64,000 nucleotides of DNA from Phycisphaeraceae bacterium (GTDB taxonomy: Bacteria > Planctomycetota > Phycisphaerae > Phycisphaerales > Zrk34): positions 12,871-76,870 of the forward strand of contig JBBDRF010000059.1 of assembly GCA_040905565.1 (NCBI GenBank), written 5' to 3'. The translations under genes were made by a program, and so were the position numbers. This document shows, piece by piece, positions 18,215-27,373 of this stretch (the stretch's first letter is position 1; each line of letters starts with the position of its first letter). Below the pieces are notes generated by a model. It did not search any database. It worked only from the letters and a program-made list of their open reading frames with translations, and was not told the origin of the DNA.

Positions 18215-20587
18215 ATGAAAACGGCTTTGTGGTCAGGTACGGCAAGCGTAACCCTGCTCCTGGGCGGGACAATCGGCGGGTGCGCAGGTGAGTCGCAGCC
18301 GTCGGCGCCGGTGCAGCGGGTGAGCGGCGAAACGGAAGCAGCGGCATCGCAGACGCCCGAAGCGGCGGTCCACGGCTGGCTCAACTGGCGCGGCCCCGAG
18401 CAGAACGGCGTGACGCGCGAAACCAACCTCCCGAGCAGCTGGGAAGTCGATGGCGAGAATCACCTCTGGTCCATCCCCATCCGCGGCCGCAGCACGCCTG
18501 TCATCGCCGGCGATCGGCTTTACGCCATCGGCTACGTGGGCGAAAGCGAAGATCTGCGCGAAGTGGTCTTCTGTGCCGATGCGGCCACAGGCGAGATCAT
18601 CTGGGAACATTACTTCAGCGACTTCCTCAGCGACGTCATCTATAACCGCTATTCCGTCGGCGCTCCCGCGATCGATCCGGAGACGGGGAACATTTACGTA
18701 TTGACGACGCCGGGCTTGGTGGCGGGCTTCACGCCGGACGGCGAGTTGTTGTGGGACATCTCGCTGTTGGAGGAGTACGGTCGGCTGACCTTCCCCAACG
18801 GCCGCACGGGTGCGCCGGTGGTGGACGGCGATCGCGTCATCATTCACTGCATTGCGGGCAACTGGGGTGCTGAGGGCCCCACGCGTGACCGCTTCTATGC
18901 GTTCGATAAGAGCAACGGCGACCTGATCTGGTCGTCCAATCCGAGCATCGGCCCGCCGCACCTGAAGGACAGCTCCTTCTCCACGCCGTTCCTTGAAGAT
19001 ATGGAAGATGGCCGGCGTGTGTTCTATGCCGGCATGGGCGATGGGAACATCGTGAAGGTCGATGCGCGGACAGGCGAAGGCATCTGGCGTTTCCCATTTG
19101 CGGTGGGCGGCGTAAATGCGTCGGTCGTGCGTGACGAGGATCGACTTCTGGTGATGCACGGGTTGGAGAATGCGAATTCGTCGCAGAGCGGCGGCATCGC
19201 GGCGCTGGACCCGAACGTGACGCCGCGCGAGCCCGGAGAAGGCGAGGGGCCGAACCCGATCCTTCCCGATGAAGCGGAACAGTGGCGCGTGCTCGGCAAC
19301 GAGATTTTCAGCACGTCGCCGGTCGTGGTTGACGGCCGTGCGTACGTGGTCGACTGGACCGGCATCCTTCGCTGCATCGAAGTGGCCACCGGTGAAGAGC
19401 ACTGGAACAAGCGGCTGGGGCCTCATCAGCTTCACGCGTCGGCGCTGTACGGCGACGGCAAGCTGTACGTCGGCCTGCCGAACGGTACGTTCTACATCCT
19501 CGAAATCAAAGATGACGGTGCGGAGATTCTCTCGGAACTTGAGCTTGAAGGCAGCATCTACGGCACGCCCTCGGCGTGGAACGGCCGGGTGTACGTTTTC
19601 ACGACGGAGAAGCTCTACGCGTTCGGCTCCGAGTCGGGCAACGACGCGGAGAATCTCCCCGAGCCGGTGCAGCTGGTTGACCACAATGCGGGCGCGGGCG
19701 AAGCGGTGGCATTGCGGATCGTGCCGGGCGAGGTGGCGATGCGTGCCGATTCGGTCGCGTCGTTCCGAGTACAGCGTGTGGACGCGCAGGGCCGAGTGGT
19801 CGACGAAGTGCCCGCCGATGAGGTGAGCTTCTCCAAGCATGGCCCGCGTGGGGAGATCGACGCGACGTTCGATGAACAAGGTCGCCTGGTCGTCGATGCC
19901 GATGCCGAGCCGTCGGCCGGTGCGTTCAAGGCTGAAGTCGACGGTCTGGTTGGTTACGGTCGAGGCCGGGTGCTGACTTCGCCGCCGTTCTCGGAAGATT
20001 TTTCCGACTTCGAGCTCACCGAGTATCACGAGCGCGACGAGGCGGATTTCGCCTATCCACCGTCTACCTGGCTCGGCGCACGCCTCCGCTGGGAAATCCG
20101 AGAGCTTGATGGCGAGAAGGTGCTGGCCAAGGCGCTGGACATCGAGCTGTTCCAGCGGGCGATTACCTTCATCGGCCATCCGGACAGCAGCGGTTATACC
20201 GTGCAGGCGGATGTGATGACCGACGGCACCCGCCGTCTGATGAGCGATGTCGGCGTGATCAATCAGCGTTACATCATCGCGCTCAAGGGCAATCATCAGC
20301 AGATCGAGGTGAGCTCGAACTCTGAACGCCTCCGTGTGAGCGAGCAGTACATCTGGAACGTGGGTGAATGGCAGACGCTGAAAACGCGCGTGGATGTGAA
20401 CGAAGACGGGTCCGGCGTGGTGCGGGCGAAGGCCTGGCCCCGCGGGTCGGAAGAGCCGAGCGACTGGCTCATCGAAGTGCCCGTCGAGGACGTTCACGTC
20501 GAAGGGGCGCCGGGCGTGTTCGGCTTCTCGCCGCAGAGTCGGCACCGGGTGTATCTGGACAATCTCATCGTCAAGCCCAACGACTGA
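18215..20587 (+). CDS. PQQ-like/BamB-type beta-propeller lipoprotein with extra C-terminal domains
   Basis: Lipobox-like IGGC; WLNWRGP start motif; repeated S(T)PV..G...D..TG...W blades; beta-rich C-terminal extension. Confidence 0.85.
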   Translation: MKTALWSGTASVTLLLGGTIGGCAGESQPSAPVQRVSGETEAAASQTPEAAVHGWLNWRGPEQNGVTRETNLPSSWEVDGENHLWSIPIRGRSTPVIAGDRLYAIGYVGESEDLREVVFCADAATGEIIWEHYFSDFLSDVIYNRYSVGAPAIDPETGNIYVLTTPGLVAGFTPDGELLWDISLLEEYGRLTFPNGRTGAPVVDGDRVIIHCIAGNWGAEGPTRDRFYAFDKSNGDLIWSSNPSIGPPHLKDSSFSTPFLEDMEDGRRVFYAGMGDGNIVKVDARTGEGIWRFPFAVGGVNASVVRDEDRLLVMHGLENANSSQSGGIAALDPNVTPREPGEGEGPNPILPDEAEQWRVLGNEIFSTSPVVVDGRAYVVDWTGILRCIEVATGEEHWNKRLGPHQLHASALYGDGKLYVGLPNGTFYILEIKDDGAEILSELELEGSIYGTPSAWNGRVYVFTTEKLYAFGSESGNDAENLPEPVQLVDHNAGAGEAVALRIVPGEVAMRADSVASFRVQRVDAQGRVVDEVPADEVSFSKHGPRGEIDATFDEQGRLVVDADAEPSAGAFKAEVDGLVGYGRGRVLTSPPFSEDFSDFELTEYHERDEADFAYPPSTWLGARLRWEIRELDGEKVLAKALDIELFQRAITFIGHPDSSGYTVQADVMTDGTRRLMSDVGVINQRYIIALKGNHQQIEVSSNSERLRVSEQYIWNVGEWQTLKTRVDVNEDGSGVVRAKAWPRGSEEPSDWLIEVPVEDVHVEGAPGVFGFSPQSRHRVYLDNLIVKPND

Positions 20588-20659
20588 GCGTGGGGCGGCA
20601 CGCGCGCCGGCCTCGGCGCGCCACCAAACGAATCTGAACACAGGACATGGAGTTCGAGC

Positions 20660-22228
20660 ATGAACGTGCAAAAGTGGTATCAAGCGGTCGCATGTGGCGT
20701 GGTGACGCTGGGCCTCGGCGCAGGCGCGGCTGCGGAAGACTGGCCCATGTGGGGCGGCTCGCCCGATCGCAACATGGCTTCGCATACTGAAGGGCCGATG
20801 CCGACCGATTTCGATCCCGGTACCTTCAAAACCGGCTCGGATGAAATCGATCCTGAGACGCTCAGCGACAACGTGCGCTGGGTGGCGAAGCTCGGCTCGC
20901 AGACCTACGGCAACCCGACCGTCGCCAACGGCCGCGTCTTCGTCGGCACCAACAACGACGGCCGAGGCGATGACCGCTTCGTGGGCGATTTCTCGCTGCT
21001 CTACGCGTTCAGCGAAGAGACCGGCGAACGTGAGTGGACCCTCAGCGTGCCGAAGATCGGCTCGGGCAAAGTCGGCGATTGGGAATACCTGGGCATCTGC
21101 TCGTCGGCCGCGATCGACGGCGACCGGGTCTACATCGTCACCAACCGCTCGGAGCTGCTCTGCCTGGACATCGAAGGCATGGCCAACGGCAACACCGGGC
21201 CGTTCACCGATGAAGGCAAGTACTACGCGGGGATGAATACCGACAATTCCCCCATCGAAATCAAAGCCAACGATGCGGACATCATCTGGCGGTACGACAT
21301 GCGCGAAGAGCTCGGCGTCTTCCCGCATAACGCCACCTCCAGCTCGCCCATGATCATCGGCGACAAGGTGTACGTCTCCACGTCCAACGGCGTCGACTGG
21401 GGCCATACCAATATCCCCAACCCCCGCGCCCCCATCTTCATCGCTCTGGACAAAAACACCGGCGAACTGATCGGTGAAGAGGCCAGCGGCATCAGCACCC
21501 GCATCTTCCACGGTGCCTGGTCGAGCCCCACCTACGGTGAGCATAACGGCGAGAACATGCTGTTCTACGGCGGCCCCGACGGTTGGGCCTACGGCTTCGA
21601 TCCGACGCCCGAGCCCGACGCCGACGGCTTCGGCATCTTCGAAGAATACTGGCGTGCGGACCTCAACCCTGAGCACTACCGCTACCGCGACGACGGCACG
21701 CCCATCCGCTACGCTCGCCCCGACGGGCCCAGCGAAGTGATCTCCACGCCCGTCTATCACGACGGCATGCTCTACGTCACCATCGGGCAGGACCCCGAGC
21801 ACGGCGAAGGCGTCGGCAACCTGGTGGCGATCGATGTCACCGGCGAAGGCGACGTGACCGACAGCGAAATCGTCTGGGAACACCGCGATCTCTATCGGTC
21901 GATGTCCACGCCTTCCGTTGTGGACGACCTGCTTTTCGTCGCCGACTTCTCAGGCTTCATCTACTGCTTCGACGCCAAGACCGGCGATCTGCACTGGACG
22001 CACGATTCGCTCAGCCACATCTGGGGCTCCACGCTCGTCGCGGACGGCAAGGTGTACGTAGGTAATGAAGATGGCGATGTGCTGATTTTCAACGCCTCCA
22101 AGGAAAAAGAGCTCATCAACGCCATCAACATGCGCGATCCGATCTACTCGACGCCCGTTGTCGCCAACGGGGCGCTGTACATCGCGACGCAAACGCAGTT
22201 GTACGCCGTTGAGGCTGAGCAGGACTGA
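20660..22228 (+). CDS. Secreted PQQ-like beta-propeller protein
   Basis: Signal peptide ending AAA-E; DWPMWGGSPDRN; repeated SSP/STP...W blades. Confidence 0.85.
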   Translation: MNVQKWYQAVACGVVTLGLGAGAAAEDWPMWGGSPDRNMASHTEGPMPTDFDPGTFKTGSDEIDPETLSDNVRWVAKLGSQTYGNPTVANGRVFVGTNNDGRGDDRFVGDFSLLYAFSEETGEREWTLSVPKIGSGKVGDWEYLGICSSAAIDGDRVYIVTNRSELLCLDIEGMANGNTGPFTDEGKYYAGMNTDNSPIEIKANDADIIWRYDMREELGVFPHNATSSSPMIIGDKVYVSTSNGVDWGHTNIPNPRAPIFIALDKNTGELIGEEASGISTRIFHGAWSSPTYGEHNGENMLFYGGPDGWAYGFDPTPEPDADGFGIFEEYWRADLNPEHYRYRDDGTPIRYARPDGPSEVISTPVYHDGMLYVTIGQDPEHGEGVGNLVAIDVTGEGDVTDSEIVWEHRDLYRSMSTPSVVDDLLFVADFSGFIYCFDAKTGDLHWTHDSLSHIWGSTLVADGKVYVGNEDGDVLIFNASKEKELINAINMRDPIYSTPVVANGALYIATQTQLYAVEAEQD

Positions 22229-22320
22229 GCGACGTCTCGCCACTCTATTCCGCTTCCCCGGCTCTTACGCCGTGCCCGCGCTGAATCGGGGGCACGGCGG
22301 AGGCATGATGGATACTTTCT

Positions 22321-22635
22321 GTGACTGTTGAACCTGCTGCAGCTGCTGCCGTCTCTCGCGCCTGGCACCGCAAAGTCGTCTGGCTTCTGGTGGTGGCGAT
22401 GGTGGTGTTGCATCACGATTTCTGGTGGTGGGACAGCCGCACCCTCGTACTTGGGTTTCTGCCGATTACCATCGCTTACCACATGATGTTTTCGCTCGCG
22501 GCCGGCGGCTTGTGGATCTACGCGACGCTGTTCGCCTGGCCGACCGAGCTTGAGCAGTGGGCCGATGAGCAACCCGACGAAGCAGAGGCATCAGCATCGC
22601 AGGCGGTCGGCGGTGCGGAAGGGGAGGGCGTTTGA
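22321..22635 (+). CDS. Small two-TM membrane protein (DUF3311-like SSS partner)
   Basis: LHHDFWWW...LVLGFLP...YH; stop overlaps the symporter start. Confidence 0.7.
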   Translation: MTVEPAAAAAVSRAWHRKVVWLLVVAMVVLHHDFWWWDSRTLVLGFLPITIAYHMMFSLAAGGLWIYATLFAWPTELEQWADEQPDEAEASASQAVGGAEGEGV

Positions 22636-24299
22636 TGTTTTCCACCACCCTCGCCGATGCGACCGTGTCGCTGATCCCGCTGTGGATCGTTGCGGGCTAT
22701 CTTGTGCTGCTGGTGGCGCTGGGCGCGCTCAGTAGCCGATTCTTCCGAGGCACCAGCGCCGACTTCTTCGTCGCCAGCCGATCGATCGGGCCTGTGCTGC
22801 TGCTGATGAGTCTGTTCGGCACCACGATGACGGCGTTCTCACTGGTCGGCTCTACCGGCAAAGCGTTCGACCAGGGCATCGGCGTCTACGGACTCATGGC
22901 TTCGTGGTCAGGGCTGGTGCACTCGGCGGTCTTCTTCTTCGTCGGCATCCGCCTGTGGGCGATCGGCAAACGTCACGGCTACGTCACGCAAATCCAATAC
23001 TTCCGCGCTCGCTACGATTCAAGCCTAATCGGCTATCTGCTGTTCCCCGCCCTCGTGGCCCTCGTCATCCCGTACCTGCTGATGGGCCTGCTCTCGGCGG
23101 CCGGCGTGATGAGCGGCATCACCGGCGGCATGTTCCCTGAATTCTTCGCCTCCACCGGCGGCGCGATTCCCCGATGGGCCACCGGGCTCATCATCTCCGT
23201 CGTCGTCCTCTCCTACGTTTTTACCGGCGGCGTCCGGGCCGCAGCGTGGGCGAATACCTTCCAGACCGTCATCTTCATGATCACCGGCGTCGTCGCCTTC
23301 TACCTCATCGCACAAACACTCGGCGGCCTGCAGGCGGCGTCGGAAATGGTCGCCCAAAACAGCGGCGAACACCTCGCACGCGAAGGCCAGTTCGGCCAAA
23401 TGCAGTTCTGGTCCTACATGTTCATCCCGCTTTCAGTCGGCATGTTTCCCCACGTTTTTCAGCACTGGCTCACGGCCCGTTCTGCAAAAACCTTCCGCCT
23501 CGCGGTCATCGCTCACCCCATCTTCATCCTGATCGTCTGGGCGCCGTGCATCCTCGTCGGCATCTGGGCCGCGGGGCTGGTGGAAACCGGCGCGTTGCCC
23601 GCCGACCTTCGTGCGAATCAGGTGCTTGGCGTGATGGTCGAACAACTCATCGAGTCGCCGATCCTCGCGGGCATTCTCGTCGTCGGCATCCTCGCTGCCA
23701 TCATGAGCTCGCTCGATTCGCAGTTCGTCTGCATGGGCACCATGTTCACCAATGACGTCGTCGTCCGCGTGGTCGGCAAGGATCGCTTCGACGATCGCCA
23801 AAAAATGTGGCTCGGCCGCGGCTTCATCATCGCCGTTGTCCTCGTCACTTATCTACTGTCATTGGCCGAGCCGACGCACGTGTTCACGCTTGGTGTCTGG
23901 TGCTTCACAGGCTTCGCCGGGCTGTTCCCGCTCGTGGTGGCGTCGCTGTACTGGCGGCGGACGACACTTCCGGGTGCGCTGGCGTGCATCGCAGTCACCA
24001 CGGTATCGTGTGCGTTGCTGTTCTACGATGGTCTGCTGCGCTTCACCGACGCGGCACAGGCGCGGGGCGTGAGCCAGACGCCTTGGTTCGGACGCATCCA
24101 TGAAGCTGGCGATTACCTCGTCCTGGGCATGATGCCGGTCGCTATCGTGGTCATCGTTTCGACGCTGACGCTGATCGCCGTTTCGCTGGTGACCAAGCCG
24201 ATGGCCGCGGCGAAGGTGGCCCGCTTCTTCCCGCCTCGGACCCTTATGCAAGAACAATCCCAAGCTGAACCGACCACTGTCGGAGGTCAATCATCATGA
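22635..24299 (+). CDS. Sodium:solute symporter (SSS family)
   Basis: DFFVASRSIG, YVFTGGVRAAAW.NTFQ, LAAIMSSLDSQ; about 13 TM segments. Confidence 0.92.
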   Translation: MFSTTLADATVSLIPLWIVAGYLVLLVALGALSSRFFRGTSADFFVASRSIGPVLLLMSLFGTTMTAFSLVGSTGKAFDQGIGVYGLMASWSGLVHSAVFFFVGIRLWAIGKRHGYVTQIQYFRARYDSSLIGYLLFPALVALVIPYLLMGLLSAAGVMSGITGGMFPEFFASTGGAIPRWATGLIISVVVLSYVFTGGVRAAAWANTFQTVIFMITGVVAFYLIAQTLGGLQAASEMVAQNSGEHLAREGQFGQMQFWSYMFIPLSVGMFPHVFQHWLTARSAKTFRLAVIAHPIFILIVWAPCILVGIWAAGLVETGALPADLRANQVLGVMVEQLIESPILAGILVVGILAAIMSSLDSQFVCMGTMFTNDVVVRVVGKDRFDDRQKMWLGRGFIIAVVLVTYLLSLAEPTHVFTLGVWCFTGFAGLFPLVVASLYWRRTTLPGALACIAVTTVSCALLFYDGLLRFTDAAQARGVSQTPWFGRIHEAGDYLVLGMMPVAIVVIVSTLTLIAVSLVTKPMAAAKVARFFPPRTLMQEQSQAEPTTVGGQSS

Positions 24300-25390
24300 G
24301 CACTGCATCTACTTCCTCAGCATCCCTCGAGGCCGCCGCCCAACAGGCGAGCGACGCGCTTGATCAGCACGTCCGCGAGATCGTGGCCTGGCACTTCTCG
24401 CCCGAGACCGGCACGCCGTTCTGGCTGGACTGGGCGAAGCAGGTCGGCTGGGACCCGGCCAGCGAGGTGCAGAGCTTCGCCGACATCGCCCGCTTCCCGC
24501 ACTTTGAAGACGATTGGCTTCGCTATGAGCCGCACGAACGGTTTGTGCCGCGTGCGTTCGAGGGCAAGCCGTTCACCATCTTCGAGACCGGCGGCACGAC
24601 GGGCATGCCCAAGCAGCGCATCGGCTGGGAAGATTACAAGACCGACTATGAGCAGTTTTCCGATCGGCTGGACGACAAGCACTTCCCGCCCGGCGAACAC
24701 TGGCTGATGATCGGCCCGACGGGCCCTCGCCGCCTCCGCCTGGCGATCGAGCATCTGGCGAACCATCGCGGCTCGAGCTGTTACTTCATCGATCTTGATC
24801 CGCGCTGGGTGAAGAAGCTGATTGCTGCGAAGCAGTTCGACCAGGCGAAGGCCTACATGGAGCATGTGATCGACCAGGCGTTGATCATCCTCAAGCACCG
24901 CAAGGTGTCGGCCCTGTTCACGACGCCGAAGCTTCTGGAAGCGCTGGCGGAGAAGGTTTCGCTGCCGGAGGCGGGCATCAAAGGCGCGTTTGTGGGCGGC
25001 ACGACGATGACGCCTCAGTACGTGCGGTTCCTGGTGGAGGAGATTCTTGAAGGCGAAGTCGGCTTCTATCCCACGTACGGCAACACCCTGATGGGGCTGG
25101 CGGGGCATAAGCCGTTGGAAGCTGCGGATCAATTTTCAATTACCTACTACGCGCCGCAGCCGCGTGCGGTGTTGCGTGTGGTCGATCCCGAGACCGACGA
25201 GCCGGTTGCTTACGATACGTGGGGGCGTGTGGAACTGACGACGCTGACGAAGGAACTGTTCCTGCCGCGTTTTCTCGAACGTGACGAAGCAATGCGCCGC
25301 CGCCCGTGTCCTCAGTATCCATGGGATGGTGTGGGCGAGGTTCGGCCGTTCGGGCAGAGCAAGCAGGCGATTGTTGAAGGCGTTTATTGA
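24296..25390 (+). CDS. EhpF/GriC-like atypical ANL adenylating enzyme (arylcarboxylate activation)
   Basis: WHFSPETGTPFWL, ETGGTTGMPK, PTGP, IDLDPRWVKK, YGNT, C-terminal IVEGVY and ~364 aa length match EhpF as I recall it. Confidence 0.8.
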   Translation: MSTASTSSASLEAAAQQASDALDQHVREIVAWHFSPETGTPFWLDWAKQVGWDPASEVQSFADIARFPHFEDDWLRYEPHERFVPRAFEGKPFTIFETGGTTGMPKQRIGWEDYKTDYEQFSDRLDDKHFPPGEHWLMIGPTGPRRLRLAIEHLANHRGSSCYFIDLDPRWVKKLIAAKQFDQAKAYMEHVIDQALIILKHRKVSALFTTPKLLEALAEKVSLPEAGIKGAFVGGTTMTPQYVRFLVEEILEGEVGFYPTYGNTLMGLAGHKPLEAADQFSITYYAPQPRAVLRVVDPETDEPVAYDTWGRVELTTLTKELFLPRFLERDEAMRRRPCPQYPWDGVGEVRPFGQSKQAIVEGVY

Positions 25391-25396
25391 GGTACG

Positions 25397-25438
25397 CAAT
25401 GGTCAATAGGCTTTAGGCAATGGGCATTGGTAATTGTG
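25397..25438. repeat. Left arm: six degenerate tandem heptamers
   Basis: caatggt caatagg ctttagg caatggg cattggt aattgtg. Confidence 0.8.
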
Positions 25439-25822
25439 GAAACGGGAACAGACACAACACGAGAATTACATCCAGCGCAGGAGTTGGAGGATCGTTTGTT
25501 AGAGTTCGCCGTCCGCATCATCAAGATTGCCAGCGTGCTGCCGCAAAGCTACGCGGGCCGACACATCGCTCAACAATTGCTACGTGCCGGAACAGCGTCA
25601 GCGCCAAACTATGCCGAGGCTCGGGCGGGGGAGAGCCGAGCAGATTTTGTCCATAAACTCAAGGTCCTACTCAAGGAACTCAACGAGACGCGCGTGTGGC
25701 TGAAGATGATCGGCAAGGCCGAGATGCTAAGTCCGGAGCGGCTTGAGTCCGTGATCGATGAGAACACGCAACTGTGTCGAATCGTGAACGCCTCGCTTAC
25801 GACAGCGAAGCGAAACAAATAA
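25427..25822 (+). CDS. Four-helix-bundle protein (23S rRNA IVP / Avd-like family); start TTG 25427 or GTG 25436
   Basis: LEDRLLEFAVRII...QLLRAGTASAPNYAEARAGESRADFVHKLKVLLKELNETRVWL is the family signature. Confidence 0.9.
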   Translation: MVIVETGTDTTRELHPAQELEDRLLEFAVRIIKIASVLPQSYAGRHIAQQLLRAGTASAPNYAEARAGESRADFVHKLKVLLKELNETRVWLKMIGKAEMLSPERLESVIDENTQLCRIVNASLTTAKRNK

Positions 25823-25856
25823 CCAATCACAAATGCCTAATGCCTAATAGCCAATG
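25815..25856. repeat. Right arm: six degenerate tandem heptamers, inverted relative to the left arm
   Basis: acaaata accaatc acaaatg cctaatg cctaata gccaATG; the last unit contains the start codon of the next gene. Confidence 0.8.
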
Positions 25857-27323
25857 AACACTCTTCCACACATTCCGGCGTTGCGTCTTGGTCGTTCTTA
25901 TGAATCTCTGGATCGCATCACGATTACTGATGTCGATGGCGAGCAGCCGTTGGCGGAGGTTTCGATGGTGAACGCGGGGGTGATCCGTCGTGATGCGCGG
26001 AAGTTCGCCGAGGCTCGGCGGGCGCTGCAGCAGTTCACCACGGCTGAGTTGATCGCCATTTCGCAGAAGGCTGGCGAGCTTTTTATGACCGCGGAGCTGC
26101 CGCTGGGTGAGGGGCAGACGCAGACGGTCGACGATTACATCGCCCGGCTGTCGGGCACGAGCGGGCTGCCTTACACGCTGGTCCGCGCGAACATGGCGAA
26201 GATCCACGAAGGCCTGACCGAGATGCCCGCCATTCTGCGCGGGCTGACGCGCGGGCTGGACCTGAGCATTCTTGATGAGGGGTCGGGCGAGCAGGACGGC
26301 ATTCCCATCAGCTACTTCGCGCAGACGCAGTCGCTGGGTGTGGTGCTGCCGAGCAACTCGCCGGGCGTGAACTCGCTCTGGCTTCCGAGCGTGGCGTTGA
26401 AAATTCCGGTGATTGTGAAGCCCGGTCGTGAGGAACCCTGGACGCCGTTGCGGATCATTCAGTCCTTCATCGCAGCGGGAGCGCCGGCCAAGGCGTTCGG
26501 CTTCTACCCGACAGATCACGAAGGGTCGTCAGCGGTGATGGAAAGTTGCGGGCGGGCGATCATCTTCGGTGGGCAGGATACGGTCGATCGCTACGCAGGC
26601 GATCCGTCGGTCGAGGTGCACGGGCCGGGCTGGTCGAAGGTGCTCATCGGTGAGGACCAAGCCGACAACTGGCGTGACCATATCGACGTGATCGTCAAGT
26701 CAATCGCCGCGAACTCGGGGCGGTCGTGCATCAATGCCTCGGCCATCATCGTGCCTCGGCATGGGCGGGAGATTGCGGAGGCGATCGCGCAGCGGCTGGC
26801 GGAAATCAAACCGCTTCGGCGTGACGATGAGCATGCAGCCCTCAGCGGCTTCGCCAATCCGAAGATGGCCGAGTGGATGGACGCCCAGATCGAGCAGGGC
26901 CTGGAGACGCCCGGCGCGGAAGATCTCACCGCAGTACTGCGTGGCGACGGGCAAGGTGGGGGGGCACGCAAGCTGGTGCAGGAGGGGATCACGTATCTGC
27001 ATCCGACGCTGGTGCACTGCGAGAGTTGGAATCATCCGCTGGCGAACAAGGAATTTATGTTCCCCTTCGCGACTGTGGTGGAGATGCCTCAGGATGAGAT
27101 GCTTGAGAAGATCGGCTCGTCGCTGGTGGTGACGGCCATCACGGAAAACGCTGATTTTATCGATGAATTGCTGGCCTCGCCGATGATTCTGCGATTGAAC
27201 ATTGGCGCGTTGCCGACTTCGACGGCGAAGTGGGATCAGCCTCACGAGGGCAACCTGTTTGAGTTTCTCTATCGCCGACGGGCGATCCAACGTGCACCCG
27301 CGCTGGCGGGCAGCAGCGGCTGA
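25854..27323 (+). CDS. Aldehyde-dehydrogenase-fold protein, GriD/EhpG-like acyl-AMP reductase candidate
   Basis: VLPSNSP, VKPG, catalytic Cys in NSGRSCINAS, EFMFP. The usual ELGG general-base motif is replaced by HGPGWSK. Confidence 0.75.
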   Translation: MNTLPHIPALRLGRSYESLDRITITDVDGEQPLAEVSMVNAGVIRRDARKFAEARRALQQFTTAELIAISQKAGELFMTAELPLGEGQTQTVDDYIARLSGTSGLPYTLVRANMAKIHEGLTEMPAILRGLTRGLDLSILDEGSGEQDGIPISYFAQTQSLGVVLPSNSPGVNSLWLPSVALKIPVIVKPGREEPWTPLRIIQSFIAAGAPAKAFGFYPTDHEGSSAVMESCGRAIIFGGQDTVDRYAGDPSVEVHGPGWSKVLIGEDQADNWRDHIDVIVKSIAANSGRSCINASAIIVPRHGREIAEAIAQRLAEIKPLRRDDEHAALSGFANPKMAEWMDAQIEQGLETPGAEDLTAVLRGDGQGGGARKLVQEGITYLHPTLVHCESWNHPLANKEFMFPFATVVEMPQDEMLEKIGSSLVVTAITENADFIDELLASPMILRLNIGALPTSTAKWDQPHEGNLFEFLYRRRAIQRAPALAGSSG

Positions 27324-27373
27324 ATTGTAAGATTACTGCCAACCAAAAGCTGTTGCGCGGCGTAAGGGTGAAG

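Noticed and set aside
18233..21883. 1216-aa ORF on the minus strand
   Set aside because: Antisense shadow of two well-supported propeller genes; no motifs, and such ORFs are expected in GC-rich coding DNA.
25427..25822. Avd-like gene as part of a diversity-generating retroelement or an rRNA intervening sequence
   Set aside because: No reverse transcriptase, TR/VR repeat pair or rRNA sequence is visible in the window.
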